A DNA stretch of 64,000 nt from the human T2T-CHM13v2.0 reference genome, Homo sapiens, in assembly GCF_009914755.1 (NCBI RefSeq), contig NC_060929.1. One strand, given 5' to 3'. Below the pieces are notes generated by a model. That model was not told the DNA's origin and searched no databases. It saw nothing but the letters and a program-made list of their open reading frames with translations. Within the stretch, counting starts at the first letter, position 1, and every line of letters starts with the position of its first letter. Shown here piece by piece: positions 26,336-44,219 of this stretch. The translations under genes were made by a program, and so were the position numbers.

Positions 26336-27169
26336 AATGGTCTTACCCTTTTTTGCCTCTCTGAAGCAGGCCAGACTGATGGCCCAACTTACAGTTATCA
26401 TCCACTGTGACAAGTTCAGTAGAAGTTGTATCTGGGATAACACGGAAGCTCAGAGATGGGTGTGGTTAGGGTATCTATGCGAAGGTGGTTAGTTTGGTAG
26501 AAAAATTGTGATGAGTTCCACATATCCATACTTCTCCAATAGCCTTGAGGAGCTAAAGCTATGATGTATTTTTTTCAATTGTAGGCTTAGAGAGGGATAT
26601 TAGTTCTTGATATTTTATCCATGAGAGGCAGGATGAGATAATGTCCATTATACTAAGAGGCAGGCTTTCCTGGTCTATGGAGGTACAGCTAGTTTGTTGC
26701 TATAGGTTAATGACTTGAGTCCTGGAGAAAATAGAGTTAATCCATGACTGTAAATTATAAAGTATGTAATTCTATCAGAAGAGGTATGTTATGGTATAAA
26801 ATTTCTGGAACATTCTCTTGAAGGCTGAATTCCATAAATTAGTTGGTATATGGAGAGTCAGGCTGGTAAACAGAAAAATGAATAAGGCCAGAAAAAGGAG
26901 ATTTAAAATTTTAGTTGCTGTTTAAGTTAATTTTAGTTCTTGTAAGATAGGATGAAAGACATCTAAGGGGCTCATGGAGGTAAAATGGTGTCTGGAACAT
27001 TTATTAATTTTATTATGGAAAATAATTTTGAGTTGTATATAATTTGCCTATAACTTTGTATGACTTAACTAAATTCAGATCTTCCTGCATTAGAACGTGT
27101 GGTTTCCTGGTGGTGTCTACCTCCCTGGCACTCATTTCTCCAGTGCCTTCTTTATCAGCCCCCTTTTTT

Positions 27170-28272
<1,103 letters not shown>

Positions 28273-29534
28273 TTTTGGGGTTTTAATTTGCTTACTATTT
28301 GCTTAAGATTTTTTTCTTTTGAATATTCAGAAATTTTTATTTTGGTGTCAAAGTAAATTTAGTGTATCCCCTTTCTAAAATGTCTTGCTTTTTTTCTTCT
28401 ACAAAGTTTTCTTATTCTTTGTTATTTTACAATTAAAACATGCTTTATATATAAATAATTTGTTTATGATGTTAGAAGAGGCAGAAAAAAGGCGATAAGG
28501 AATGCAAATTTATTTCAGTAACATTTGTCATAAAATACTAAGTTTTTTCTTCTTTGAAGGATTAGTATATTTGTGCTTTTACTCTGCTAACCTCTTAAAA
28601 GCAGGCAGGTTGTTTTTTTTGTTTGTTTGTTTACTAAGAATTACTAGGCATGACTTCACCAATGATCAGTTAGCCTCCGTTATTATAATTTTTTAACCTA
28701 AATGATTTGACAGTGATAAATAGCTGATGTGGCAAGTCTGCAAAAAGCTTTATATTGTTATTGCCTTTTATCACTTGTGCTCTAAATAATTGTTCTCATC
28801 TGTCGACTCTTAGATGCAGTTTTGTGAGGATTAGGATGTATGGAACAGAAAATCCCGCCTAGTGATTTTTTAAAATTCTCTATTTCTTTTCCTTCTTTTC
28901 TTCCTAGTTTTCTTCCTCTTCTCTCCAGTGTGTTTACTTATGAAAGTTGTACTCATGATTTAAGATCCAATTCCATAGACCCTCTTGCCAGACCACATGT
29001 ATGTCTGTAGCTGCAGCATTTATACACATGGCACGAGCAGCTGGGATGTCTGGTGTGCTCATATCAGAAAACTCTGTCAAACATGTGGAGAGGATTGCCT
29101 TTTATGCTGCGTTCCCCAGCGTTATGCTCTTCCTGCATCATGAGTTAAAGTGATGGAATTTTGTCCAGGGTCAGAGCCTCTGCAAAACAGGAAACCTGTT
29201 GGACTCAGTGAAATAATGACTCTCAATATCCCCATTATGGATGATTAGGGGTGTCCTTGCTCTAGGTTTCCTTGACTCCTTTATGCATCTTTGTATTGTG
29301 ATGAGGGGGTCATAAGCCAAACTGGGGTTCCATGTCTAGAGGCTGACCCTGTGGCATTGTTGCAGAGCTGATGGAAATTTTGGGGGGTTCTGTCTAGTTT
29401 TGTCCAGTTTGTTCTATTCTGGTTCATACCCCAATTCGAAGCTGAGGAAGCAGGCAGAAACTAGAGTCTATCAAGTCTTCGCTAAGGAAACATCTGTGCC
29501 CTCCTCCTGAGGAGTCTCTCCGTTTGTTGGCTGG

Positions 29535-29690
29535 TTCTCCTTCCTTCTGCATCCAGTTCCCTCCTCCTGTCTATTCTCCCCTCCACCTCCCCTTTCCCCT
29601 CTCTCTTTACCCTACTCCTCTTCTGCTTTCCTCCCCCCTTTTCTCTTCTCCTGTCCCTTTTCATTTACTCCATCTCCTCCTTTCCTGGAG
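29535..29690 (+). repeat. Low-complexity polypyrimidine tract
   Basis: Almost entirely C/T. Confidence 0.85.
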
Positions 29691-30613
29691 TTCACTTGAG
29701 CATTTCTTTGCCCAGAGAAGTAAGCCAGGGTAAGGCGTTCCTTCTTCAGGGCAAGGCGTTCCTTCTGCAGACCACCATCACCTAGCCGAGCTCTGGTGAG
29801 AATCTGTGGAACTGCCTCTTGCCTGTCTCTTTCCACCCTGTGGGTCTGTAAACTTCTTAAGATCAAGAAAATTGTCTTGCCCCCGTTACATCCCCAATAC
29901 GTGGTCAATAAATATTTGTTATTTTCAAGGGCTGGAGTTAGCAGTTGATTTTAATTCTCTTTGTGTTTTTGAGCTGTTCCATTAGGAATCTATGTTATGT
30001 ATTATTTTTATAATCAGGGCAGAAAGTTTAAAAAGAAATATAATTTGATAAAAGCTGTGTGCACAATAGAGGAGACTCTCTCAAGGTCTGCTTAGATGTT
30101 AATGGGGTCCTTGGCAAAAGCATATTACCTCACAGGCATGAGGCAATTATTTATAGTGGTTACATCAGCCAGAATAAAGATGATGAATTCTGGATTCTTG
30201 TCCCTGCACATCCTCTGACTCACTGCAGAATTCCAGGTAAAGAATTTGCCTGATTTGCCTTTTATTGCCTCTGTAACTCCTCCAGAGTTCAAGTTTAGAG
30301 CTTTTCTGTTAAAAAATAAAAAATAAAGCATTCTTTTGCCTCAACAGCTGAAGCCCGAGGTGCTTTAGAATTAGAGAATTGTAGAATTTTAAGTCTAGGA
30401 GAGAAACCTTCGATTTAATCTAGCTTCATTACTTCATCTTTCGGTTAAGAACACTGAATTTCAGAGAAATAAAATGAACTGAAGTTATCAAAATAGTGAA
30501 TGTCAAAATCAAGGTGTTTTTGTTCATAGTTGTCAAACATTCCTTTGTTTGTTCGCTCTGTCTGTCTACACGTAGCCGATGCTTGAGTTCTTCTGTGTGG
30601 CCACATTGAACTA

Positions 30614-30951
30614 CAGGTAGAGCATCTCTTATCTGAAAATCTGAAATTTGAAATGCTGTGAAACTGGAAACTTTTTGAATGCCAACATGATGCTACAAGT
30701 GGAAAATTCCATACCTGATCTCGTGTGTGGATTGGTCACAGTCAAACCACAGTCAGCCTGGTTTCATGTACAAAATTATTAAAATTACCTTCAGGATATG
30801 TGTATAAGGTGTGTAAGAAGCACAGATGAATCTCATGTTTAGACTTGGGTCTTTTCCCCAAGGTGTCTCATTATATGCAAATATTCCCAAATCTCCTGAA
30901 ATTTGAAATACTTCTGGTTCTAAGCATTTTGGAGAAGGATTACTTAACCTG
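30614..30951. mobile_element. Tigger4 (Zombi/MER46)-type MITE
   Basis: caggt...aacctg termini with TA on both sides (30612-30613, 30952-30953). Confidence 0.88.
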
Positions 30952-32321
30952 TATACTTTTTTTAAAAAAAGGAACTGGTTCTTGCCTAACAGAAATTACT
31001 CCATTTCAGAGTGTTCATTAATATCCTTCAGTGTGTCTTCTGATTCAACTTAAATTGCACAACCCTGACCCAAGATGTTGCCACCATTTTAAGCCTTTTT
31101 TTTTTTTTTTTTGAAGAAAAAAATGCATACATTTGAGAAATGTGTTCTCTTATAATGGAGAGAGGGTTTCTCCTGCAAGTAGAGGCTGCTTAGGCAGTAT
31201 TTACACTCGGTGCATGCCCAGCAACATTTCCCCATGGATGATAATGTCTTTTACAATTTCGAATGGTTTCAAAACATTTTCAAATCAAATGGGATTTTAG
31301 CACAATATTCCATCTTGGCCCTGTTTATTGTAAGAGCCATAATCTAATCTTATCTGTCTATTATGTCCAAACATTCTGTAATATTTCCCAAATCAACTAC
31401 TTTGAAGTCTACACTCTCTATTTTCTGTCTGTCTGTCTTTGTATCTATCTATTCAAAGCCTCAGCAAAAAGGCTCAGAGAAGAGAAAAAGAGTTGGGTAG
31501 AGCATCTCCTTAACCAGGGTTTAATAGGAGGGTGGGCAGGAGCAGCCGTCTAATTTATTAGGCTGCTAGCCAATTTGAGGCAACCTCTTAGTAACAAATT
31601 TTTGTTACACAAAATTTAACACCTATGGCAAGAACCATAAGGATGCCTTGAGTAGCCTCAGATGCATTCTTTTTGTGTTGGTCATTGCTCTTAAAGGACA
31701 GTTTAATTCATGTGAGATACTGTTGCAGCTTGCTGTCCCTTTTATTCCTTAGGAAATGACTCTTCAGAGTCACCGTTTTCTTAATGTTTTAAAAACCTGT
31801 GCTATGTATCTAAATCCCTTTTTATTTTTATTAACACCACATATCAGTGGATTACTATAGTGCATGCACTTCTCTTAGTGGAGCCCCTATTTGTATCAGC
31901 GTTTCCTTGGTGCAGACTTCCTCCTGAAAATGAGCAGTAGCTAATTGTGGAATAATTCTTTTTGGGAACATTTTTGTCTATACCCTTCTTTTTGACTGTT
32001 TTCAGACTTGCTAAGTGTGCCTAATTTCATTGTGTTATTTATTTTAGAGCTAGATAGGTTTTGGAGGTTCCTTTAGTTTGATCCCCTTATTGTATAATCT
32101 GGCGAGGTTATCTGACATTAGCTAAACTCCCAGTATATTTAATGAATAGTAATTTCCATGAACAGTTTTAGTACTGGGTTCAATGTGGTGGACTATTTTG
32201 AAAATATATAATAATCTACCATGTTATAATGGAAGTTTACTAAATAGTAAATGTGATAGACACTGTATATATATAGATATATAAGCTGTAATCCTCAAAA
32301 TAGCTAGGCATTATTAACTCC

Positions 32322-32612
32322 TTTTTCTTTTTGAGATGAGGTCTCACTCTGTCACCCAGGCTGGAGTGCCGTGGTGCAATCATGACTTACTGCAGCCTCA
32401 ACCTCCCAGGCTCAGGTGGTCCTCCCACCACAGCCTGCTGAGTAGCTGGGACTACACGCATGCACTACCATGGGCTAATTTTTGTACTTTTTGTTGAGAC
32501 GGGGTTTTGCCATGTTGCCCAGGGTGGTCTCAAACTCCTGGGCTCAAGCGGATCTGCTTTCCTCGACCTCCAAAAAGGCTGATATTACAGGTATGAGCCA
32601 CCGTGCCTGGCC
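32322..32612 (-). mobile_element. AluJ inserted in a MIR
   Basis: TSD tattaactcc at 32312-32321 and 32613-32622; MIR core cattttatagaagaggaaaccgaggctcagaga follows. Confidence 0.95.
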
Positions 32613-34207
32613 TATTAACTCCATTTTATAGAAGAGGAAACCGAGGCTCAGAGATGTTTGACAAATTCCCTGGACACCGTAACGCTTGTCTGTGTGGATA
32701 CAAATCTGTATCTCCTTGGCTTCACAATTTGTACCATGGTCTGGCCCTTTCTTACCGCAAAATGATTTTGAGGGAGAAGTTGGGCTGGATTTTTGCACAA
32801 CTGAAATTCATTTAGACTGTACTTTTGGCTACATTTTTCCCCCAAATTAGAAACACAGATAAATCTTTTGTATAGAAAATACCATTGCAATGCAAGTTCT
32901 CGGAGCTCCATTGTGTCAGTGGGTTTAAGTAAGTTACAGAGATAGTTGTCAGTAATCTTCAAAGGATATCCTAATGAAATGTAAACTATCTTCCCTCCCT
33001 AAATAGAATTCTCATTATATTCCCTTTGGTGCGTGAAGAAAGAGGGATGCAGAAAATATGATGAGCTGAGGAGGAAGACTGTAGGATCCTGTTTGAAAGT
33101 GGAAAACAGAAATGACATACTCTTCTCAACAGTGTCATAGTGGATGGTACACCCTGGTCAAAGCCCAGAGTGAGTCTTAAGAGGAGGGTGGTTAATAAAT
33201 CAAGTCCCTTTGTGATTTTCCTCCCATATATTCTGGTTTCTATTCCTTAGTTCATGGCCTTGTGCCATGACTGGTAGAGTCAAGTTATTGCTTCTAATGA
33301 AAGTGAACTTTTGTTCAAGTCATGTTAGTTAAAGTGGATTCTATTAATGGGAAGAAAATAGAGGCATGTTCGAAAAGCCTGCATAACCAGTGTGATAATT
33401 TAATCTACCCGGAGTAAGTGTAACTGGTCTAGTCATAGGTTTAATAGGTCCCGTGTGTGTGTCTGTGTGTAGGTCACTGAAAAATCATTTCCCCATATCT
33501 TTGTTTTCTATTTATTCTAAATGATCATATTTCTTTATGTAGGATGCTTAGGATTCTGTGGAAAAGCTGATGGTATTTTTAAAAATAAATAGTATTAAAG
33601 AAGTGTTTCATGAATAAGTGAGAAAGAACCCTCCTGTTTTTATGGGTTTGTCCCTTCTTGTTAGTATATGGTGAGAGGGAAAAGTTATATCACAGAAGAT
33701 GGAAGTCTCACCTAAGTAATCTTGTTCAGTAATGCTTACATGTTTATTCTGAGTTTGTGCAGAAGTTACTAAGTCTCATCAGAAAGAGGAGAATGTAGAC
33801 TTCAAAATAGTTGATTTGGAAAATATTACAGAATGTTTGGACATAAAGTTTTTCAATTCACTGCTTCATGGGTTTTCTGCCTGTGGGAATAGTTTTTTGA
33901 ATGAATGGAAGGAAAAGACCTAATTCCTGCAAGGATTTTTTGTGGAAAAGGAAATCAGAATTCTTTTCTAAATATATAACTTATGTTTTAAACAGATTGA
34001 ATAAACCTTTAAGTATCTTGCATCAAACATAAAGTGCATTTAATTTAGCAAAGCTATTTTAATTATATATTTAATAAATTACTTAAAGGGTCAGTAGAAA
34101 TTAAACATTTATAACAAATCATAGTTTAAAATAAGTTAGGGAAGTTGCATAAATAGATTTGCTACAAATTTTGCAAATTTGCTTTTTCCACAAAGGCAGG
34201 GACTGAC

Positions 34208-34321
34208 ATTTTTATTTATTTATTTATTATTTTTATAAAAGATGGTGTCTCCTCATATTGCCCAGGCTGGTCTTAACCTCCCCAGTAGCAGGATTGCAGG
34301 TGTAAACCACTGCCCCCGGCT
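34208..34321 (-). mobile_element. Alu left-monomer (FLAM-like) fragment with internal deletion
   Basis: (TTTA)n tail then gatggtgtctc...ttgcccaggctggtctt...caggtgtaaaccactgccc. Confidence 0.75.
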
Positions 34322-34476
34322 GGTGTCATTTTTAAAAGTTAAGCTTTGTGCCTATACTGCCTAGCACACAGTAGATGCTTATTGAATGAGTATGTGAAAG
34401 AACAAGAATCAGGTATCAGACACTCTTTGCCTAGACTATTTATCCATATTTTGGTGATTTAATATCATGATTAGTG

Positions 34477-34985
34477 TGTATACTGGTTATCTATGGAGTT
34501 GTGACCAATGACTCCAAAACATATCTGCTTCAAACAACAAATATTTACCATGTCATAGTTTTTGTGAATCAGGAATCCAGATGCAGCTTAGCTGGGTGAT
34601 CTGGCACCAGGTCTGTTACAAGGCTAATATCAAGGTATCGGCTGGGGCTGCAGCTACTTCAAGGCTGGACTGGGGCACCACCTGCTTTCCAAGCCCACTT
34701 AGATCCTTGTCATGTTCTTCTGCTCATAGGACGGCTCATAGCATGACAACTCACTTCCATCAGACGGAGCATGGGAGAGGGCAAGAGAGGGCAGTCCCTC
34801 CTTCTTCTTGGAAGGAGAAGTTACAGTCTTGTAACCTAATCTGGGAAGTGACACCTCCTCACTTCCGTTGTATTCTAGTCCTTAGAAGTGAACCACTAAA
34901 TCCCGTACTCAAGGACAGACTAAAAAAAGGTATGAAGGCCAGGAGCCAAGGATGATTGGAAACCATTGTAAATGCTGCCCTATCA
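34477..34985 (-). mobile_element. MLT1F-like MaLR LTR
   Basis: tcaggaatccagatgcagcttagctggg...atcaaggtatcggctggggctgcag. Confidence 0.75.
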
Positions 34986-35229
34986 GTTAGAAGAGGAAAA
35001 AGATGTGAGCTGGGAGCATCTCCACAAGCAGAAGCAGTCACCCTTTCCTCAGTGCTCTGGTATATTTTGTACCCGCCTTGACATTACCCATTGTCACATT
35101 TTATGACAAGTGTGTGCGAATTCTGCCTTGCTAGATTTGTGAGTTCCTTGACAACAGAGACTTCATCCTGTTTATTTTTGTGTCTGTGTTCACATGCTGT
35201 TTGACACTCAAGTATTTAGAAAGTAGTAG

Positions 35230-35604
35230 TACTATGGTTTGGATCTGTGGCCCTACCAAATCTCACGTTGAAATGTAATCCCCAGCGTTGGAGGTGGGCC
35301 CTGGTGGGAGATGTTGGATTGTGGGGTGGGATCCCTCATGAATGGCCTAGAGCCATCCCCTTGGTGATGAGTGAGCTTTTGTGGGATCTGATGGTTAAAA
35401 GTGTGTGGCATCTTCCCCACCTGCCTCTCTCTTGCTCCCGCTATTGCCATGTGAGACTCCTGCTCCTCCTTCACCTTCCGCTATGATTAAAAGCTCCCTG
35501 AGGCTTCCCCAGAAGCTGAGCAGATGCCAGCACCAACCTCTTTTCTTTATAAATTACCCAGTCTTAGATACTTCTTTATAGCAATGGAAGAATGGCCCAA
35601 TGCA
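35230..35604 (+). mobile_element. MST (MSTB-like) solo LTR with 5-bp TSD
   Basis: TSD agtag at 35225-35229 and 35605-35609; ctatggtttggatctgtg...ccaaatctcacgttgaaatgtaatcccc. Confidence 0.9.
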
Positions 35605-35649
35605 AGTAGAATCCACGATTAAGAAAAATACATTTAGAGCTGGACTAGG

Positions 35650-36450
<801 letters not shown>

Positions 36451-37029
36451 ATGCAGGCCTCCCTGACTCCCGATTGTGTGGTGTAGGTGTCAGCTGCACT
36501 TGCAGACAGAGCACTAAGGCCTGATCCCAGGTAGGACCTTGATGGTTTGGATGGGAAAATGTGGGAGATCAGAGACATGGTTAGCTTTCACCTGGAACTT
36601 AAATGGAGAAATCCTTTTGTATAGTAGTTACTGGAAGTTTTAAGTTGATTTATTTACTGTTTCCACTTGAACAGAAAGAAAAGTGAGATATTGGTCTCAG
36701 TTTTGAAGAGTTATTAATTGCCCTCACATGTGCCAGTCAATGTCAGTGCTGTCTGGAGGAAAAGATTAGAAGTTCCTGTGTGTTGCCTTTATCAGGAAGA
36801 CACATACTGACTGATTGCCTTCCTGATTTTAAATCTGATTTTGCTTATATCTGATTTTGAGTCAAATACTGTGCATTTGCACAAAGACAGCCCTTATGCC
36901 CATATTACTGTAGGAAGATCTTTGGATTGTGCTTTTTATTAAATTAGACTGTCCTCTTGTTTTAAATATTGACCTGGACAAGAATTATGGTGATATGGCT
37001 ATATGTCCAGCTGTTAAATGCAGTCTTTA

Positions 37030-39400
<2,371 letters not shown>

Positions 39401-40239
39401 TTTTTCTTGTCTCTAATCTTCCTTTCTGTGATCTGTTAGACATACATTAAGATTTCTTATTCTGTCCTCTCTGTTGGTAATTACCATTCTACCTTTTTGG
39501 TATTTTGACATTCCTTAATACTATACTACATGTAAGTATTAAAATACTGGAGTTTTTGTTGGTGTTGGTATTTTAATTTAAGACACAGGTCAGTGTCTTC
39601 ATTGACCCTTGGTTCTCTCTCCAATCCTACCACCCCTGTCCTTTCTTGCCTCCCCATTACCTTAAACCTGTTACCTTTCCCATAAACCCCCAGGACTGTC
39701 AATTCATTGACATCTTTAGACTGTGTAACAGATTAAGGGGCATCTGTATTTTACCACCTATTTTTTATCAAATTCAAAGGTAATTAGAAAGCAGTGATAC
39801 TGAGGAATGAATTAAATGTTCTGGTTTTGAGGAAGCTGGGTGAAGGCTTGTCATTGAGTGCAATATCACATGAGATGAGTGATTTAAATACAAGAGGAAG
39901 AATAACTTAATGAAGACAGCACGGTCCATGAGCATCTCACATCCTCAGAGTGTGTGATAGCAGTGATGGCAGAAGAGAGTGCCGTGCTGCCTAAGGGCCC
40001 ATCATCCTAAAAGTTAGGCAGGCATGCCTGAGACTGTAGGTCATATTGTTTATGGCTCTTTTAGAATTGAACTTTTAATAGAGCAATAGACTTTGGTTTA
40101 AGTAGTTACTTGGAAGTCCCCAAAACATCTCAGCATACTTGAGGTCACTGAACTTAAAAAGTCAAACTGATAACTCAGTGCCACCTTAAATAAATGATTT
40201 GATATATTTTATTAATCAGTTATGACTAAGGAGAGGCTC

Positions 40240-40480
40240 TTTGGGGTGGTAGTGAGGAGCACAGACCCTGGCCAAATTAGATTTGAATTCCAGCTCCACT
40301 TATCAGCTCTGTGACCTCAGACACATTTTTAAACCTTTTATACCTTTATTTTCTCATCTGTAAAATGGGCATAAAAATAGCATTTCCTGGGGCTGTTATA
40401 AACATTACAGTAGTTGATACATGTAATACACAACAGAGTGTAACACATAGGAACTGCTATATGTAACTGCTAACTATTTA
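40240..40480 (+). mobile_element. MIR
   Basis: atttgaattccagctccacttatcagctctgtgacct...ttctcatctgtaaaatggg. Confidence 0.8.
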
Positions 40481-41519
40481 AAAAATCACAGATCCACAAG
40501 GGTATCTGCTCTTTTAGAGAGCAAATTATTGCCTTGCAATTTTATTGAGGCAATAAAAAATGCTATCCTGGCATTTTATTTTTGCCCATAACAGAGGTTC
40601 ACAATTATGAGAAGTGGTGCTTATAGCTATAGGTCATGGAATACTCCTTATTCCTTTGGGAATGCTTCAGGATTAAGAATTAAGGAGTTAAAGACAGAAA
40701 TCTTACAATGTTTCTTTAACTATCTTTCAGCTGCATAAGATTAGCACATTTTTCTTGGCAAAGATCACCTTTTTCGTTTTTTTTTTCTGGAGTATTTTTC
40801 GTCAGCAGCCTTTCTTGTTTTTCCTTCCAAACACTTCCTGTGCTTCTATCTTTCTGTCATCTGCCCTTATTCTATTCCCCATGCCTCAGCACTTCCCTCC
40901 CACCTCTTCCCAGCCGCGAACTTAAAAAAACAAAACCAAAAAAAAAAAAAAACAAACAAACCAAGTTTGTTCATTGATTGTTTAGCATGCTTCCTTCCTA
41001 CTTTGCATGCCACTAGGCGCCTGGGACAATCAGAGTGGAAGTATGCTGACAGCATGGGAAAGGCGCTGTGCATGGCGGAAGCACTTTCATGATGGAGTTG
41101 GGATCCCTGGCTGGTGGGCAACAAAATGCAGCACCTGAGTCTGGTGCTCGGAAGGCCAGCTATGGGGCCATCTGCTCCTAGTCTGGAGTTACTGCTCAGT
41201 TATTTTCAAAGAGGTTTGCTCAGGATTTGCCTTATAATTGGGTCACAGTAACTGGAGGCACCTATTACATCCTTCTGCTACATGTGATTTATTTCGGTGA
41301 AGATGGGGGATCCGAGGTATCAGTGGTCCCACAAAGTCTGGAGCTCATGGGGACCTGAAGCCCCTATCTGGGCTCTAGTGCTTTCATTCAAAAATGTAAA
41401 AAATGCTTAAAATCCCTGTGAAATCAATTATGAGGAGTTTGTAACTGGAAGTGAATTGGGTCAGTGTTAAAGGTGATACAAATCAGCAGGTGCTGAGAGC
41501 CTTCTTTGTGCCACTAATA

Positions 41520-41700
41520 ACCAACATTTATGAAGTGTTTACTCATGCCACGGATGTGCTGAATATGGCATAGGCATATCTGACAGCCCTATGGAGGTAG
41601 CTGTTATTATCCCCATTTTACAGATGGGGAAGCTGAGGCTCTGCTAGGCATGTAGAGCCAGAATACAAACATCTGTGGGTCATTTAGACCTTTTTCACTA
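41520..41700 (-). mobile_element. MIR
   Basis: ttattatccccattttacagatggggaagctgaggct. Confidence 0.75.
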
Positions 41701-43644
41701 TGATAGAGAGTGCCTTCCACACATGCTATGTGAGCCCCACAGGGCAAAGCCTAGCAGTGGAACCACTGTGGGGAGCCAAAATGCTGTGTTTTACATTCTC
41801 CTGGTAAAAGTAGGTGTTAAAGAGTACAGAATGACATTATGGCAGTGTGACCTAAACATGAATGAGGATGATTTCGTTTGCATTTGTTTGAAATATGCAG
41901 AGTTCATGTCTTCTGAGCCTCAGGGCTTTTATTAATAAGAGGGAGGGATAAGATGACCTTTTATCCATATACCCCACCCTAGAATTTATAGTGATTACAC
42001 CCCGGTAGAAGATGTGATTATTGTTGTGTTATAGATTAACACTGTTCTATTAGGTGTTCAGTGTTGTAATGATGATTGGTGTGTATGTGGGCTCTTCATC
42101 TGTTTCACATAGGAACCTGTGTGGTAAGAAACTGCCAGATGAGAGAGAGTTCAGATAAATGCTATCCTACCCCAATCTGCAAAGCCAGGCTGCTTCTCCT
42201 TTCCTGCGACCCTGGCCATTCTGTTCATGCCTGCTAGCACAAATGAAACAAGTCAAAACAGGTTTGAGGAGTGTAGCACATCCCCTGCTTAATTTAAACA
42301 CCAATCAAGTCTAATTATCAGAGCCATATTACTAGTTGGCAATAATTTGCTTTGGGTACAACTTAGAGCTATGTTGAAAATTTTATTCTGCCTTCAGAAA
42401 ATTGGTTTACCTTTAGATTTCCCCGCCAAATTTCCCAGTGGAAAATTGGTTCTCTTAATTTAGGTATCTTGTAATTTCACTCATTAAAAAATGTGTGCCA
42501 TGTGATATCATTAGATTTTTTTCTAAACTGAAGGGACATAAGTGGGCTGACATATGTGCTGCAGTATAATTGTGCTGTGTTTTTGGAGCTTCAGTCAGTA
42601 ATTACAGCCATAAACTTATTGTCTATGGTAAAATATGTTAACTGGTATTTGACATAAAATTCATTAATTTGAATCGATATGTAATGTTTTAAAATGCTCT
42701 AACAAACGATCATTGACCGATGGATATAATATAGTCTAAGACCCACACATTTCTCTATGAACAGCAGTCAAGGTAAATGTTTTCTAAATAGTTTGTCAAT
42801 GCCATGATTTCCAAAACACACATATTATGAAGGCTACCAGAAATTTGAACTATGACATGAGCCCAATAATTGAATTTACTCGTCTATAAAACAGAGTGTC
42901 TTGGATATTTTTGATCTTTGTCAAATTGAACTAGCTTTCAGGCAGGGTCTTGGAATTTCAGACTTCAAATCTCCATGCCTAATTACAGATTCGGAAGCTG
43001 ATGTCCAGGAAGGCTGAGTGACCTGGCCCTGTATGTACCACCAGTTTGTGGCCAGGAGGAGAATTGTGTCAGTTTCTCTTCCTGCTATCCCTCAGAGAAC
43101 TCCCTTCTCCATGGAATCTGAGTGGATTCTGTACAGAATGGCTTTTCTACTTTCCTAATGTTGAATAACTTTAAAAGGTAAATTGAAGTATAACAGGGTT
43201 GGGAAGTAAATTTGAATTCAAAGTAAGAATTGCATCAGGAATCCAATCCCAGGTTTTTCTTTTGAGTTGAGACTGCAGACCTACAAAAATTACAGTAATG
43301 TGAAACCTTGACAAAAGAAAAATCCCAGTGATTAGATATGTGGGCTTCACAGATAATATCTAGTTCACCCCTTCAGCATTTCTGGGAAGTGAGAGCCAGA
43401 GGAGAAAAACTACTGTACAGCTTCCCCGCTCAAATTGTTTGCCTCTTGTCCCATCAGACACATAGGCACGTCCACAGTGTTTGTTTCTAAAACAGAAAAA
43501 TTTTGAAGGTGAAAACCACTTGCTCTTTAAAAAACTGGGACTGGGCAGAGAAGGAATAAGGAAAGGAGTCACTGTGGTTGCAGCTGCCTTTGTCCCAGTG
43601 ATTGTGCAGGTGCCTTCCGGCTTCGGTCTGACCTCCAGATCCCT

Positions 43645-43800
43645 TTGCACCTTTCCCCATGTCTCCCTCCTCCTTGTTTCCCTCTCTCTCCTCCCACCCC
43701 TACCTCTTTCCCTTTTTCTTTTCCTCTCCCCATTTCTCATGCTTTCTTTTCTTCCCTCTGCACCCTTTCTTCTTCTTCCTTTTTCCTTCTCCCACCTCCT
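43645..43800 (+). repeat. Polypyrimidine low-complexity tract
   Basis: About 150 nt of nearly pure C/T. Confidence 0.85.
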
Positions 43801-44159
43801 CAGCTGCCACACGTCAGGCCTCTGGTGTCTGGTTGGGTTCAGCCCCATGGGGAGATCCTGGCAGGAGACAGGAGACAAGAAGGAGGGAGAATAGAGAATG
43901 TGATCGAAATCATTGCTCCCTGGCTCCCTGCTGGTGGCTTTAGCACTGGATGGCTGAATGCTTTACTGAAAAAAGAAGGGCACCTGTCAGGTGACCTCTT
44001 CTCTTTTAGGTTCTGGAAGCAGATTCCTCCCTTTCCTCTTCTGGCCTAGGGGTGGAAAAAGAGCCCTACTCCTTTGTAAGTAATCCCTTAATCAAATTCT
44101 TCTCAAGCCACCCAGTGTGAGAGTTCAGTGGGTGTTTGGCAGGAATCCTGACTGAAACA
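43790..44159 (+). mobile_element. LTR33-like ERVL LTR
   Basis: ggttgggttcagccccatgggga...ggcctaggggtgg...cctgactgaaaca end. Confidence 0.7.
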
Positions 44160-44219
44160 CTGTGTGTGGTTGAGCTGATGATGGGTAACTATGCATCCCA
44201 CACACACATATACACTTAC

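Noticed and set aside
41062-41080. Partial REST/RE1-like ggcgctgtgcatgg
   Set aside because: The second half of the RE1 motif (TGCTGAA) is missing
43360-44049. Four overlapping long ORFs (94-172 aa)
   Set aside because: Produced by the stop-poor polypyrimidine tract and LTR33 sequence; translations are low complexity
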